From Ranitomeya imitator (Eukaryota), in NCBI RefSeq assembly GCF_032444005.1, contig NC_091287.1, positions 531,960,001 to 532,024,000 of the forward strand: a stretch of DNA of 64,000 nucleotides, read 5' to 3'. A program made the translations under genes and the position numbers. Shown here in pieces: positions 1-10,191 of the stretch (the first letter of the stretch is position 1; the number at the start of each line of letters is the position of its first letter). Below the pieces are notes generated by a model. That model saw only the letters and a list, made by a program, of their open reading frames with translations, ran no database searches and was not told where the DNA came from.

Positions 1-243
1 TATAAGGTAAATTAAGATTGACAAGCTTCAGTAACAAGAATGGATGTTTTTGCCATTAAAATGGGCACTGTACATGTTTTCCTGGCCTCCACTCACTGCC
101 GACTATGCTCCCCCATTGACTTGCATTGGGTTTCGTGTTTCGGTCGATCCCCGACTTTTCGCGATAATCGGCCGATTCCACTCGACTCGACTGTTGAGAT
201 AGTCGGGTTTCGACCCCAAAAAACTAAAAGTCGCTCAACTCAA
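1..243 (-). mobile_element. Left terminus of a hAT element related to the 29213-41593 transposon (continues off the window start)
   Basis: Reverse complement aligns along its length with 29213-29465, including the TIR-like end TCGCTCAACTCAA; visibly diverged. Confidence 0.85.
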
Positions 244-540
244 GAGGCGGGGTAAGGACAGAGGTGTGGTGGTGGGAGAGGCGGAGTAGGGCCAAAGCTG
301 CAGTGGTGGGAGACCCGAGGTAAGGACAGAGCTGTAGTGGCAGTAGAGGCAGGGTAAGGACAGAGGTGTGGTGGCGAGAGAGGTGCGGTAGGGACAGAGG
401 TGTGATGGCGGGAGAGGCGGTGTAAGGACAAAGATTTGGTGGCGGGAGAGGCGGGGTAGGAACAGTACTGCAGTGGTGGGAGAGGCGAGGTAAGGACAGA
501 GCTGTGGTGGCGAGAGAGGAAGGGGTAAGGACAGGTGAGA
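244..540. repeat. G-rich minisatellite, ~34-bp unit, ~9 degenerate copies
   Basis: Unit approximately GAGGCGGGGTAAGGACAGAGGTGTGGTGGCGGGA; starts at 244 and 278. Confidence 0.85.
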
Positions 541-1149
541 GCCTTTTATTATTTTAACCCCTTTCCAACCATCAAAAGATGATAGCAAAATGACATCCGA
601 CTACCTTTCATTTTGTTGGATTAGTGAAAATCCCATTGATTTCAGATTCACCAGAATCTAAAATTTTAGATACATTTTTAATGAATTCAGTTTATTACAC
701 ATCTGTTTACTCTTCTCTTGTCTTACCGAGCAAAATGAAAATATTCCTGCCTTTTCATAAATTTGCTGCATTTTGCTTTGACTTAAAGCCCCCCCAAAAA
801 AAAGAAATGAAATCTTCTCCTGCTATGCTTTGTTATCTTTGTACCATTTTGGGGTAACAATGACAATTCCAGGTGAACATTTACATGTGTCCTTAAGAGG
901 TTAACATTTTTTTTTTAAGATTTAGTTATTGTTACCGATTCTAATCTTATCAGATAAAATATAAATCTAATTTGTTTCCTAGTCAAAATGGCTCCCCCCA
1001 ACATGTGCTGATAACGTAAGACAGATGCACTCCCATTAATTATAGAGTCAGCAATTAATTGGAAACATGTTTAGCTAAGTAATAACCAGGCAAAGAAAAA
1101 GTTTCTAAAATTACAATTAAAAATGTACGTTCGTTAATTTCCGGATGAT

Positions 1150-1715
1150 GATGATTAGACGTTTTATTCTCCTTCTTCGAACCCAACACCGGGCATAATA
1201 ATGAAAACTTTAAAGAGACGGCATCTTTGCTCACAACTTAACTCTGAAGAAGCGAGATCAAAAGCTGAATCCTGTCATCTTGACAAATGGTCCCTGGGGA
1301 CATCTCCAAGCATAATAAATCTATAATAAATGAAGGGAGTTTGTGCCTCTCTTTATATCCCATAAGTGAGGAGAATTTCCAATTAATGTCTTTATTATTC
1401 TCATGAGTCTTGAGCTTTCGGTATATTGCTTCTTCCATTTTTCTCTGGGAATATTGAAAAATGATCTAATAGCTGCATTTAAAGTTCTTCGATAACAAAA
1501 TCTGCAATAATGGAAGGTCAGATTTTACAATTAACCTTGATTTGTTGCTGTGGACGATGCCTGGCAAGACTTGGCAATGTCTCTGGCTATAAAAACACAA
1601 AAGGTTGGCACCATATTATTGACTAATAACGTTGGCAATAGACTGCTCAGATGGGATAATGTTGAAAACAATAAAGGGTTAGTAATGTATTTTCTCTTGG
1701 CTTCACATATGACTG
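1150..1715 (-). pseudogene. Highly decayed L1-type reverse transcriptase fragment
   Basis: Broken frames read SSLLPTLLVNNMV / VLPGIVHSNKS / NWKFSSLMG, resembling the YRPISLLN..LP.IIH.DQSGF..W.FL series of L1 RT; many stops and frameshifts. Confidence 0.4.
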
Positions 1716-2020
1716 TAGTGATGGGCGAGCACGAAAATGCTTGTTTACTCGGAATCAGCTTTTCGTAATGCTGGACTGCTCGTTCGACTTGAGTAACGAG
1801 GATAATGGAAGTCAATGGAAAACTTGAGCATTTCAGGCAGACCCTTCTAAGATGTCAAGGGGCAGGAAAATCGCTGAAATGGATGGAAACAGTGCTGAAA
1901 AGGAAAGGGAACAGGGTGGGGAAGATGCCTGGATGCATTTCTGACCCCTGGGTGACTGCTGTGAACAATGTTGTCAAGGGTATTATGCCACTTTTACGGA
2001 CTGACAATAAAACATAAAAA
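1716..2020 (+). mobile_element. Terminal segment of an older hAT-type element
   Basis: Begins TAGTGATGGGCGAGC, matching the TAG.G.TGAGCGA TIR class found elsewhere in the window. Confidence 0.5.
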
Positions 2021-2601
2021 TAAGATAAAATGGATTTTACAGGAAAAAAAGGTCAGGAAACATTATTTCCAGTATACTGACTTGTATATAAGGCACATAA
2101 AAAAAGAGAGAAATAAAAAAAATGCCTCCTCCACTCCGTAGGCTAAGTTCACACATAGCGGTTTTGCTTTGTTTTTGGACTTTCTCATTGCTTTCAATGG
2201 TGAAAAAATGCTTAAAAAATTATGAAAGAATTGTCATGTTCCTTCTTTCAAAAATGCAGTAGTTTGCCATTTCAGTAATAAAAAAAGGAACAAAGAATCG
2301 TGTGTATGAGATTTCTGAGTGGGTGTAAAGACTGGTGAAGCCAATCAAGGCAAGGCCTATCAAAAATGAAAAGGAGTAATTGGAATACACCCTGGAATAC
2401 ACGTAGAAGATGGCATCCATTTTTGCAGGGCCATCAGTCATAAATTTTGAAGGACCAGCAAATGGCCCTCACGCTAAATTCATCTTCAGGCCTGCATATT
2501 TTATTTTCAAAAATAACATCATACAGTTTGCAGGTGGAAGCACAACAAATACGGTCATTATTATTATTATTATTATAATTATTATTATTATTTATTGTTA
2601 T

Positions 2602-2624
2602 AGCGCCATTTATTCCATGGCGCT
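2602..2624 (-). other. L2 3'-terminal stem-loop (RT recognition element)
   Basis: 8-bp stem AGCGCCAT/ATGGCGCT with a 7-nt loop (GGAAUAA on the element strand) just before the tail; similar to the GGAUA-loop hairpins of fish L2 elements. Confidence 0.7.
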
Positions 2625-2843
2625 TTACATGTGAGGAGGGGTATACATAATAAAAACAAGTACAATAATCTTACACAATACAAGTCATAACTGGTACAGG
2701 AGGAGAGAGGACCCTGCCCGCGAAGGCTCACAATCTACAAGGGATGGGTGAGAATACAGTAGGTGAGGATAGAGCTGGTCATGCAGCGGTTTGGTCGATC
2801 GGTGGTAGCTGCAGGTTGTAGGCTTATCTGAAGAGGTGGGTCT

Positions 2844-5800
2844 TCAGGTTCTTTTTGAAGGTTTCGATGGTAGGCGAGAGTCTGATGTGTTGTGGTAGAG
2901 GGTTCCAGAGTAGGGGTGATACGCGAGAGAAATCTTGTATACGATTGTGGGAAGAGGAGATAAGAGGGCAGTAGAGTAGGAGATCTTGTGAGGATCGGAG
3001 GTTGCGGGTAGGTAAGTACCGGGAGACAGGTCACAGATGTATGGAGGAGACAGGTTGTGGATGGCTTTGTACGTCATGGTTAGGGTTTTGTAGTGGAGTC
3101 TCTGGGCAATGGGGAGCCAGTGAAGGGATTGACAGAGGGGAGAGGCCGGGGAATAGCGGGGGGACAGGTGGATTAGTCGGGCAGCAGAGTTTAGAATAGA
3201 TTGGAGGGGTGCGAGAGTGTTAGAGGGGAGGCCACAGAGCAGGAGGTTGCAGTAGTCAAGGCGAGAGATGATGAGGGCATGAACTAGGGTTTTTGCAGAT
3301 TCATGGTTGAGGAATGAACGGATTTGTGAAATATTTTTGAGTTGAAGTCGGCAGGAAGTGGAAAGGGCTTGGATATGTGGTTTGAATGAGAGATCAGCGT
3401 CAAGGATTACCCCGAGGCAGCGAGCTTGTGGGACTGGGGAGAGTGGGCAGCCATTTACTGTAATGGATAGGTTCATTGGGGGGGTCGCGTGAGATGGGGG
3501 AAAGATGATGAATTCTGTTTTGTCCATGTTAAGTTTCAGAAATCTAGCGGAGAAGAAGGATGAAATAGTGGACAGACATTGAGGGATTCTGGTTAGAAGG
3601 GAGGTGATATCTGGTCCAGAGATGTAGATCTGTGTGTCGTCAGCATAGAGGTGATACTGAAAGCCATGAGATTCTATGAGCTGTCCCAGGCCAAAGGTGT
3701 AAATGGAGAAGAGCAAGGGCCCAAGGACTGAACCTTGTGGGACTCCGACAGATAGAGGGCGAGGTGAGGAGGTGGTGTGTGAGTGGGAGACGCTGAATGT
3801 CCGGTCTGTTAGGTATGATGAGATCCAGGATAGGGCCAAGTCTGCGATGCCAAGGGATGAGAGGGTTTGTAATAATAGGGAATGGTCCACTGTGTCAAAG
3901 GCAGCCGACAGGTCGAGGAGGAGGAGGACAGAGTAGTGTCCCTTGCTCTTGGCGGTTAAGAGGTCATTGGTGACTTTAGTTAGGGCAGTTTCGGTGGAAT
4001 GGTGTGACCGGAAGCCAGATTGTAGGCGGTCAAAGAGGGAGCAAGAAGAGAGATGGGAGGACAGTTCAAGGTAGACGTGTTGTTCCAGTAGTTTGGAGGC
4101 ATAGGGGAGAAGTGATATAGGGCGATAGCTAGATACAGAGGATGGGTCAAGAGAGGGCTTTTTGAGGATAGGTGTGATGGAGGCATGTTTAAAGCTTGAG
4201 GGGAAAACACCAGTTGTTAGTGATAGGTTGAAGAGATGGGTTAGGGTTGGGATGAAGATTGTGGTGAGGTTTGGGATGAGGTGGGATGGGAGTGGGTCAA
4301 GTGCACAGGTGGTGAGATGTGATCTTGAGAGTAGAGTGGAGAGTTGATCTTCTGTAATGGTGGAGAAGTTGGTTTTGGAGGTGGAGGGATGGGAAGTTGG
4401 GAGGAAGGGCTCTGGGGGTTGTTGACCAAAACTGTCTCTAATGCTATCAATCTTCTGCTTGAAAAATGAGGCAAAGTCTTCAGCAGAGATAAGTGGGGAG
4501 GGAGGAGGTGCTGGGGGACGGAGGAGAGAATTGAAGGTGTTGAATAACTGTTTAGGGTTGTGAGAGAGAGAGGATATGAGAGATGAGAAGTAGGTTTGTT
4601 TAGCTGTGGTGAGTGTGGTCTTGAAAGTAGTGAGGGACTGTTTGAATGCGATGAAGTGCTCGTTAGAGTGGGATCTTTTCCATCTGCGCTCAGCAGCCCT
4701 GGAAGTTCGCCTCAGTTCTTTGGTCAGGCTGGTGTGCCAGGGCTGTCTGTTGATTTTGCGAGCTTTGGTATGTGTAAGTGGGGCAGCAGATTCTAAAGCT
4801 ACAGCTATTGTGGTGTTATATAGAGCAGCAGCGTCATCGGCATTGTGTATGGAACTTATGCCTGTGAGGGGGAGGAGGGATTCAGAGAATGAATGTAGGT
4901 CAAGATGTTTAATATTTCTGCGAGGGTGTGAAAGTTTGTGGGGTGGAGATTGTAGACATGGAGTGGAGAGAGATGAGAATGTGAGAAAGTCGTGGTCAGA
5001 GAGTGGAAGAGGTGAGTTAGAGAGGTTAGATAGAGAGCAGAGGCAGGTGAAGATGAGGTCCAGTGTGTGACCGTCTTTGTGAGTGGCTGCAGAAGACCAT
5101 TGAGTGAGTCCGAAGGAGGAAGTGAGAGATAGAAGTTTAGTGGCAGCTGAGAGGGAAGTGTCAATGGGTATGTTGAAGTCGCCCATGATGATAGTGGGGA
5201 TGTCTGCAGAAAGGAAATGAAGTAGCCAGGTGGTGAAGTGGTCAAAGAAGATGGTGGCTGGCCCTAGGGGGTGGTAAATGACAGCCAGTTGGAGGTTGGT
5301 GGGGGAATAGATGCGCATAGAGTGCACCTCAAAGGAAGGGAGGGTAACAGAGGGTGGCAGTGGGATTGGGGTGAAGGAGCAGTTATCTGACAGGAGAAAA
5401 CCAACTCCTCCGCCATGTTTGCTGCTGGGGCGGGGTGTGTGGGAAAGGTGGAAGCCACCGTAAGAGAGTGCAGCAGGGGAGACTGAGTCAGAAGGGGTGA
5501 GTCAGGTTTCGGTGATGGCGAGGAAGGAAAGTTTGGTAGTAACAAAGAGATCATGGATGTAGGAAAGCTTGTTGCAGACAGAGCGAGCGTTCCACAGAGC
5601 TCCTGTTAGTGGGACTGGGGAAGCGGGGGCTGGGTGAATGGGTATTAGGTTAGAGAGGTTACGGAAGTTTGTGATAGAGCGTGGATGGGAGGTAGAAATG
5701 ATTGTGGGAATATGGTGAGGAGGACCAGGATTTGGAGAGATATCACCAGCAGTAAGAAGGAGCAGAGAAAGTGTTAGCAGGTGGGAGCAGGAGAGGGCAT

Positions 5801-5978
5801 GAGGGGGCTGTCTGTGCTTGCAGACAGAGGATTGTATGGTAAGGAACAGTTTGGAGGAGGTGAGGTGGATGGGGAGGATTGAAGAGGAGATGAATAGTTC
5901 CTTACTTGGTGTAGGGATCAGGGGAGGTAGCAGAAAGTGAAGGATTATAGGGGTGAGAGTGAAAACAAACAGAAACAT
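2844..5978 (-). pseudogene. L2 ORF2 (APE endonuclease + reverse transcriptase), disrupted
   Basis: ATG at 5978; ITET*L in-frame TGG>TGA at 5502-5504 with the same frame continuing; [44 protein letters not shown] motifs; 1-nt frameshift near 3034. Confidence 0.9.
5721..5820 (-). other. 2A-like (StopGo) peptide motif
   Basis: HALSCSHLLTLSLLLLTAGDISPNPG-P; consensus is D(V/I)ExNPG-P, here with S in place of E. Confidence 0.6.
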
Positions 5979-6262
5979 TGTTTACAAAGACTGTGGCCAA
6001 TTACCTTCAGTTCCCTTCAGGTTCAATTCAGGTTTTAATTCTACTGTAATCCACACTTCTAAGGGATCACACTGCAGACTGAAGTCCATGCAGACTTATA
6101 CTATGCAATATATGGCAAACTAAGTGCGTTCAGGTGTGAAGCAGAGGGGAGTGATCTCTGCTCATCTTGGTCAGAGAATTAAGAGTGAACCAGATGCATA
6201 CAATCAGGCCTGAGTAAACAAGGTCATAAATAACACAGGGTAAGCTGGGGTTAGCTGAAAAG

Positions 6263-6583
6263 CATACCATGAGAATGCTAGGAGCAGAGGAAAGTCTGTG
6301 TGGAAAGCTGGGTGATGTAATTATGTGCACTTCATAGACAGACAGAGCAGGGGAGCTGGCTGGATAAACATACCATGAGAATGCTAGGAGCAGAGGAAAG
6401 TCTGTGTGGAAAGCTGGGTGATGTAATTATGTGCACTTCATAGACAGACAGAGCAGGGGAGCTGGCTGGATAAACATACCATGAGAATGCTAGGAGCAGA
6501 GGAAAGTCTGTGTGGAAAGCTGGGTGATGTAATTATGTGGACTTCATAGACAGACAGAGCAGGGGAGCTGGCTGGATAAACAT
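6263..6583. repeat. 3 x 106-bp tandem monomers in the L2 5' UTR
   Basis: Near-identical units start at 6263, 6369 and 6475. Confidence 0.9.
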
Positions 6584-6720
6584 AACTGTTGGAAGAATAG
6601 AGATGCTTGTTAGAGTGCGATGGTGGCAGGTAGCAGGGCACAGTCTGTATACATCTTTCAGGTTTTAATTCTACTGTAATCCACACTTTTAAGGACACAC
6701 TTCTAAGGGATCACGGTCAT

Positions 6721-7250
6721 CCATGAGACCTAGCTTCTTTCCACTTTGCATAGGGGTGTGAAACCAGGACAGTGCAAACAGGTAGTCGGTTGGATGGCAG
6801 ATAATGATTCCAGTCTATTTTCCAGCCCCACCCTGTCTTCCACACAGTTCAGTCTCACTAGCCAAGAGTACGGGCCACACAATCCTCAGCCTCATCCTCC
6901 TTCCTCCCACCATGGTGAGACAAGTGATTCCACATTCAGACACTCCGAGGAGCTATTTACATTTCCATTTATTGATTCTGGCCTCTCTCCCGGCTTGTTT
7001 CAACAGGGACATTAGGAGATCGTGTTTACTGATGCCCACATATTTGAGCAGCCTCCATCAGAAGAAGATGATGGTGGGGAAAGGCAATTAGTGTCTCAAG
7101 AGGTAGATGATGATGAGACACAGTTGTCAACAAGTGATGTTGTTAGGTCAACAAGTCAGGAGAACCAGCATGCAGAAGTGAAAGACAAGGTGGTGGACAA
7201 TGAAGTCGCTAAACCAACCTGGGAAGGTGCCATGCAGAGCGACTACAGAA
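6721..7250 (+). pseudogene. Relic of the N-terminal region of a hAT transposase
   Basis: KPGQCKQVVGWMADNDSSLFSS / HSEELFT / FTDAH / VVDNEVAKPTW match KPEQQEQVLAYLADSASSSFAS / YSMELFT / CTDAQ / VIDDPVLDPDW in the 35077-38646 protein, in the same order. Confidence 0.65.
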
Positions 7251-7506
7251 GCGCATAATAGGAATGAACGGATCTGTGGATGTTCGGGTTTATTGAGTTC
7301 ATACGATTTTGAGTTCAAAGTTTGGTTTGGCATCTGAACTTGACTCTGAACATGATCCTGAACCCAATAGAAGTCAATAAAGACCTGAACTTCGGTGCTT
7401 TAAACTGGCTTTAAAATGGTCATAGCAAGGGCTAGGGGGCTGCAAAAAGAAGCAAAATGTGTGTAAGAGCAGGACAAGTGCCCTGCAAATAAATGTGGAT
7501 AGGGAA

Positions 7507-8281
7507 TAGTGTTGAGCGATACCGTCCGATACTTGAAAGTATCGGTATCGGATAGTATCGGCCGATACCCGAAAAATATCGGATATCGCCGATACCGATA
7601 TCCGATACCAATACAAGTCAATGGGACATCAAGTATCGGAATGTATCCTCATGGATCCCAGGGTCTGAAGGAGAGGAAACTCTCCTTCAGGCCCTGGGAT
7701 CCATATTAAAGTGTAAAATAAAGAATTAAAATAAAAAATATTGTTATATTCACCTCTCCGGCGGCCCCTGGACATCAGCGGGAGGATCCGGCGTCCGGCA
7801 CGGCTTCTTTCTTCAAAATGCGCGCCTTCAGGACCTGTGGAATGACGTCCCGGCTTCTGATTGGTCGCGTGCCGCCCATGTGACCGCCACGCGACCAATC
7901 AGAAGCCGCGACGTCATTCCTCAGGTCCTAAAAGGCGCTTATTCTAGGACTTTAGCTGAGGAATGACGTCGCGGCTTCTGATTGGTCGCGTGGCGGTCAC
8001 ATGGGCGGCACGCGACCAATCAGAAGCCGGGACGTCATACCACAGGTCCTGAAGGCGCGCATTTTGAAGAAAGAAGCCGTGCCGGACGCCGGATCCTCCC
8101 GCTGATGTCCAGGGGCCGCCGGAGAGGTGAATATAACAATATTTTTTATTTTAATTCTTTATTTTACACTTCCGATACCGATACCCGATATCACAAAAAT
8201 ATCGGATCTCGGTATCGAAATTCCGATACCGCAAGTATCGGCCGATACCCGATACTTGCGGTATCGGAATGCTCAACACTA
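7507..8281. mobile_element. Non-autonomous hAT MITE (775 bp) with a long internal fold-back
   Basis: TIR TAGTGTTGAGC...GCTCAACACTA; 8-bp TSD ATAGGGAA (7499-7506, 8282-8289); GATACC/GGTATC subterminal repeats; inverted repeat 7709-8171. Confidence 0.92.
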
Positions 8282-9237
8282 ATAGGGAAATGACTTAAAA
8301 TGACAATAATAAAAAAAGGACAAAGAGGCAGGAGTAAGCCTGACAGTGGCACCATATAGGCTCCCACGCTCTCGCCCCCTCTTGAGAGACCCTGTGCAAA
8401 GCCTTGGGTGCAGTGGGTGACAAGGCAGGGTGACCATGGTGTCTTCTGGAGGCCATTTACTCCTCCCTGTACAAGTGTTGTTTTCTGTATGCCTGCCAAA
8501 TTTCAGATGTAAGAAGTATTATTACAGAATAAAATTTATTTGAATTAACCCTAAAAATGGCTGTTGGTTTAACGTAGCAACATCTGTAATGCAATGAACC
8601 CTTCTCGAAGTGCCTTTAATACACTCTTCCTACTGCAGCAGCTATTCCTACCCTAATTGCAGCTAATAGCAATATTATAGAACAGGATCTATTTTAATTA
8701 GCATTAAAATGGCTGTTGGTGTCTCCGCTTTACTAGACCTTATCATAAATTATATTCTTTCTTTCTCTACCTTTAGTTAACACTACTTGTATGACCCAAC
8801 CTGAATCTGAAATTCTGACTATTTTATGTTGATGGCATTGCGTGCAATAATTGATAGTAAACTGGTGTAAAACACACTGTGGATAACCTGTTTGTCTTCC
8901 CTTTGTACTGCCCTCCCCTCATCTTTTTCTTGTCTCCCCCTATGTTAATATTTGCATTTGTTCATTATTATTGAATTTTACACCTCCTCTGTGTGGGAGA
9001 ACCTACCCAAACTGTTGTGTACTTTCAATATCTTATTTCTAAATAAAACCTGTTGAAACTAAAATGGCTGTTGGTTTTATATTGCACCAGTAGGTAAATA
9101 AACGCTATAGAACACACTGAAAGTCAGCCACCAAACATGGGGGAATGGGGAATACAGCATGGCCATCGATTACCCGGATACTTGATCAAGTACCGAGCGT
9201 CTCAAGCACCAGGATGCTCGATGGAGTATCGAACAGT

Positions 9238-9979
9238 TGTAAGGAGGTTGAAGTTATTCCCCTTTTGCACACATTGGATAAATAATTGTTTTACTGATTT
9301 GTAAATGTAATGTGATATGTACAGTTATAATGTTTTACATGTGGTTGCTGCTAGTGTTTATAGGGAAAGTTTAGTACCCTAATTTGGCCACAAGAAGGGG
9401 TATAGCTCAGTTTCAGCTTTACAGCTGTGAATAGTTTTATGTAGGAGGGGTCATTATAGTAAATGGAAGGGAGCTTCCGGATTAGAGCGAGAAGGGCGAG
9501 GGCACCCATAGAGCTCAGGTGGGCTTTAGGACCAGGAAACTGTAAGACTCTGTAACGTTATTCCAAGGAAGTGTACAGACATCCAGTATATGAGGAACAG
9601 CACAGACACAGCTACAGGTATTGCAGAAGATTGAGCTTCAAGTATGGAAGCTATAAAGTTGGACACAGCAGGACAGAGAGGTGGGTCGCTCACCATGTGG
9701 CAGGTTTTAGCCTGGATAGATGCCCTCAGATCTAGTGCGAAACGGCTGAAGGAACACCCAGTAGAAGTGCGCCTCAACAGGGAGGACACCGAGAAAATGT
9801 ACAGTGTGGTACGACCTGATCTTGAGCTGTGTGACAGGCTGAAAAGTGAGGGGAAATCTGTCATGATGTGTAACATGAAATATGCTGAGAATGCTGTGTT
9901 GAACCAGGATGTACTGCGAATTTATGAAAGTAAAGTTATGCGCTATAAGTTAATACTGGACTGTGTCTCTGTTATTACA
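9238..9979 (+). mobile_element. Probable solo LTR
   Basis: TGTAA...TTACA termini; flanks CAGT/CAAT (possible 4-bp TSD with one mismatch); no coding content. Confidence 0.45.
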
Positions 9980-9984
9980 CAATT

Positions 9985-10191
9985 GAGATAAAAAAGGAGG
10001 GGTAAATGTGGATTTAAACTGCACTGCTGAATGATTCAAGGCCCAAATATGTAGCCATTAAATTGTGGATTTATTCAACGCGTTTCAAAGTACAAGACTT
10101 GAATAAATCCACAATTTAATGGCTACATATTTGGGCCTTGAATCATTCAGCAGCCCAGTTTAAATCCACGTTTACCCATCTTTTTTATCTC
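9985..10191. repeat. Near-perfect inverted repeat (~93-bp arms, 20-nt loop), probably from a Penelope-like terminal repeat
   Basis: Arms 9985-10078 and 10099-10191; the arm/loop junction reads GAAACGCGTTGAATAAA on the minus strand. Confidence 0.85.

Larger units (their letters stand above)
2559..6712 (-). mobile_element. Apparently full-length L2-clade LINE
   Basis: (TAA)n tail at ~2559-2592; 3' stem-loop; APE+RT ORF; flanking direct repeat ACGGTCAT at 2551-2558 and 6713-6720 (TSD). Confidence 0.9.

Noticed and set aside
2410-2634. ORF with a poly-Ile tract
   Set aside because: Translation of the L2 (ATT)n tail.
7629-8293. Duplicated MVAWRSHG ORFs on both strands
   Set aside because: Consequence of the MITE palindrome.
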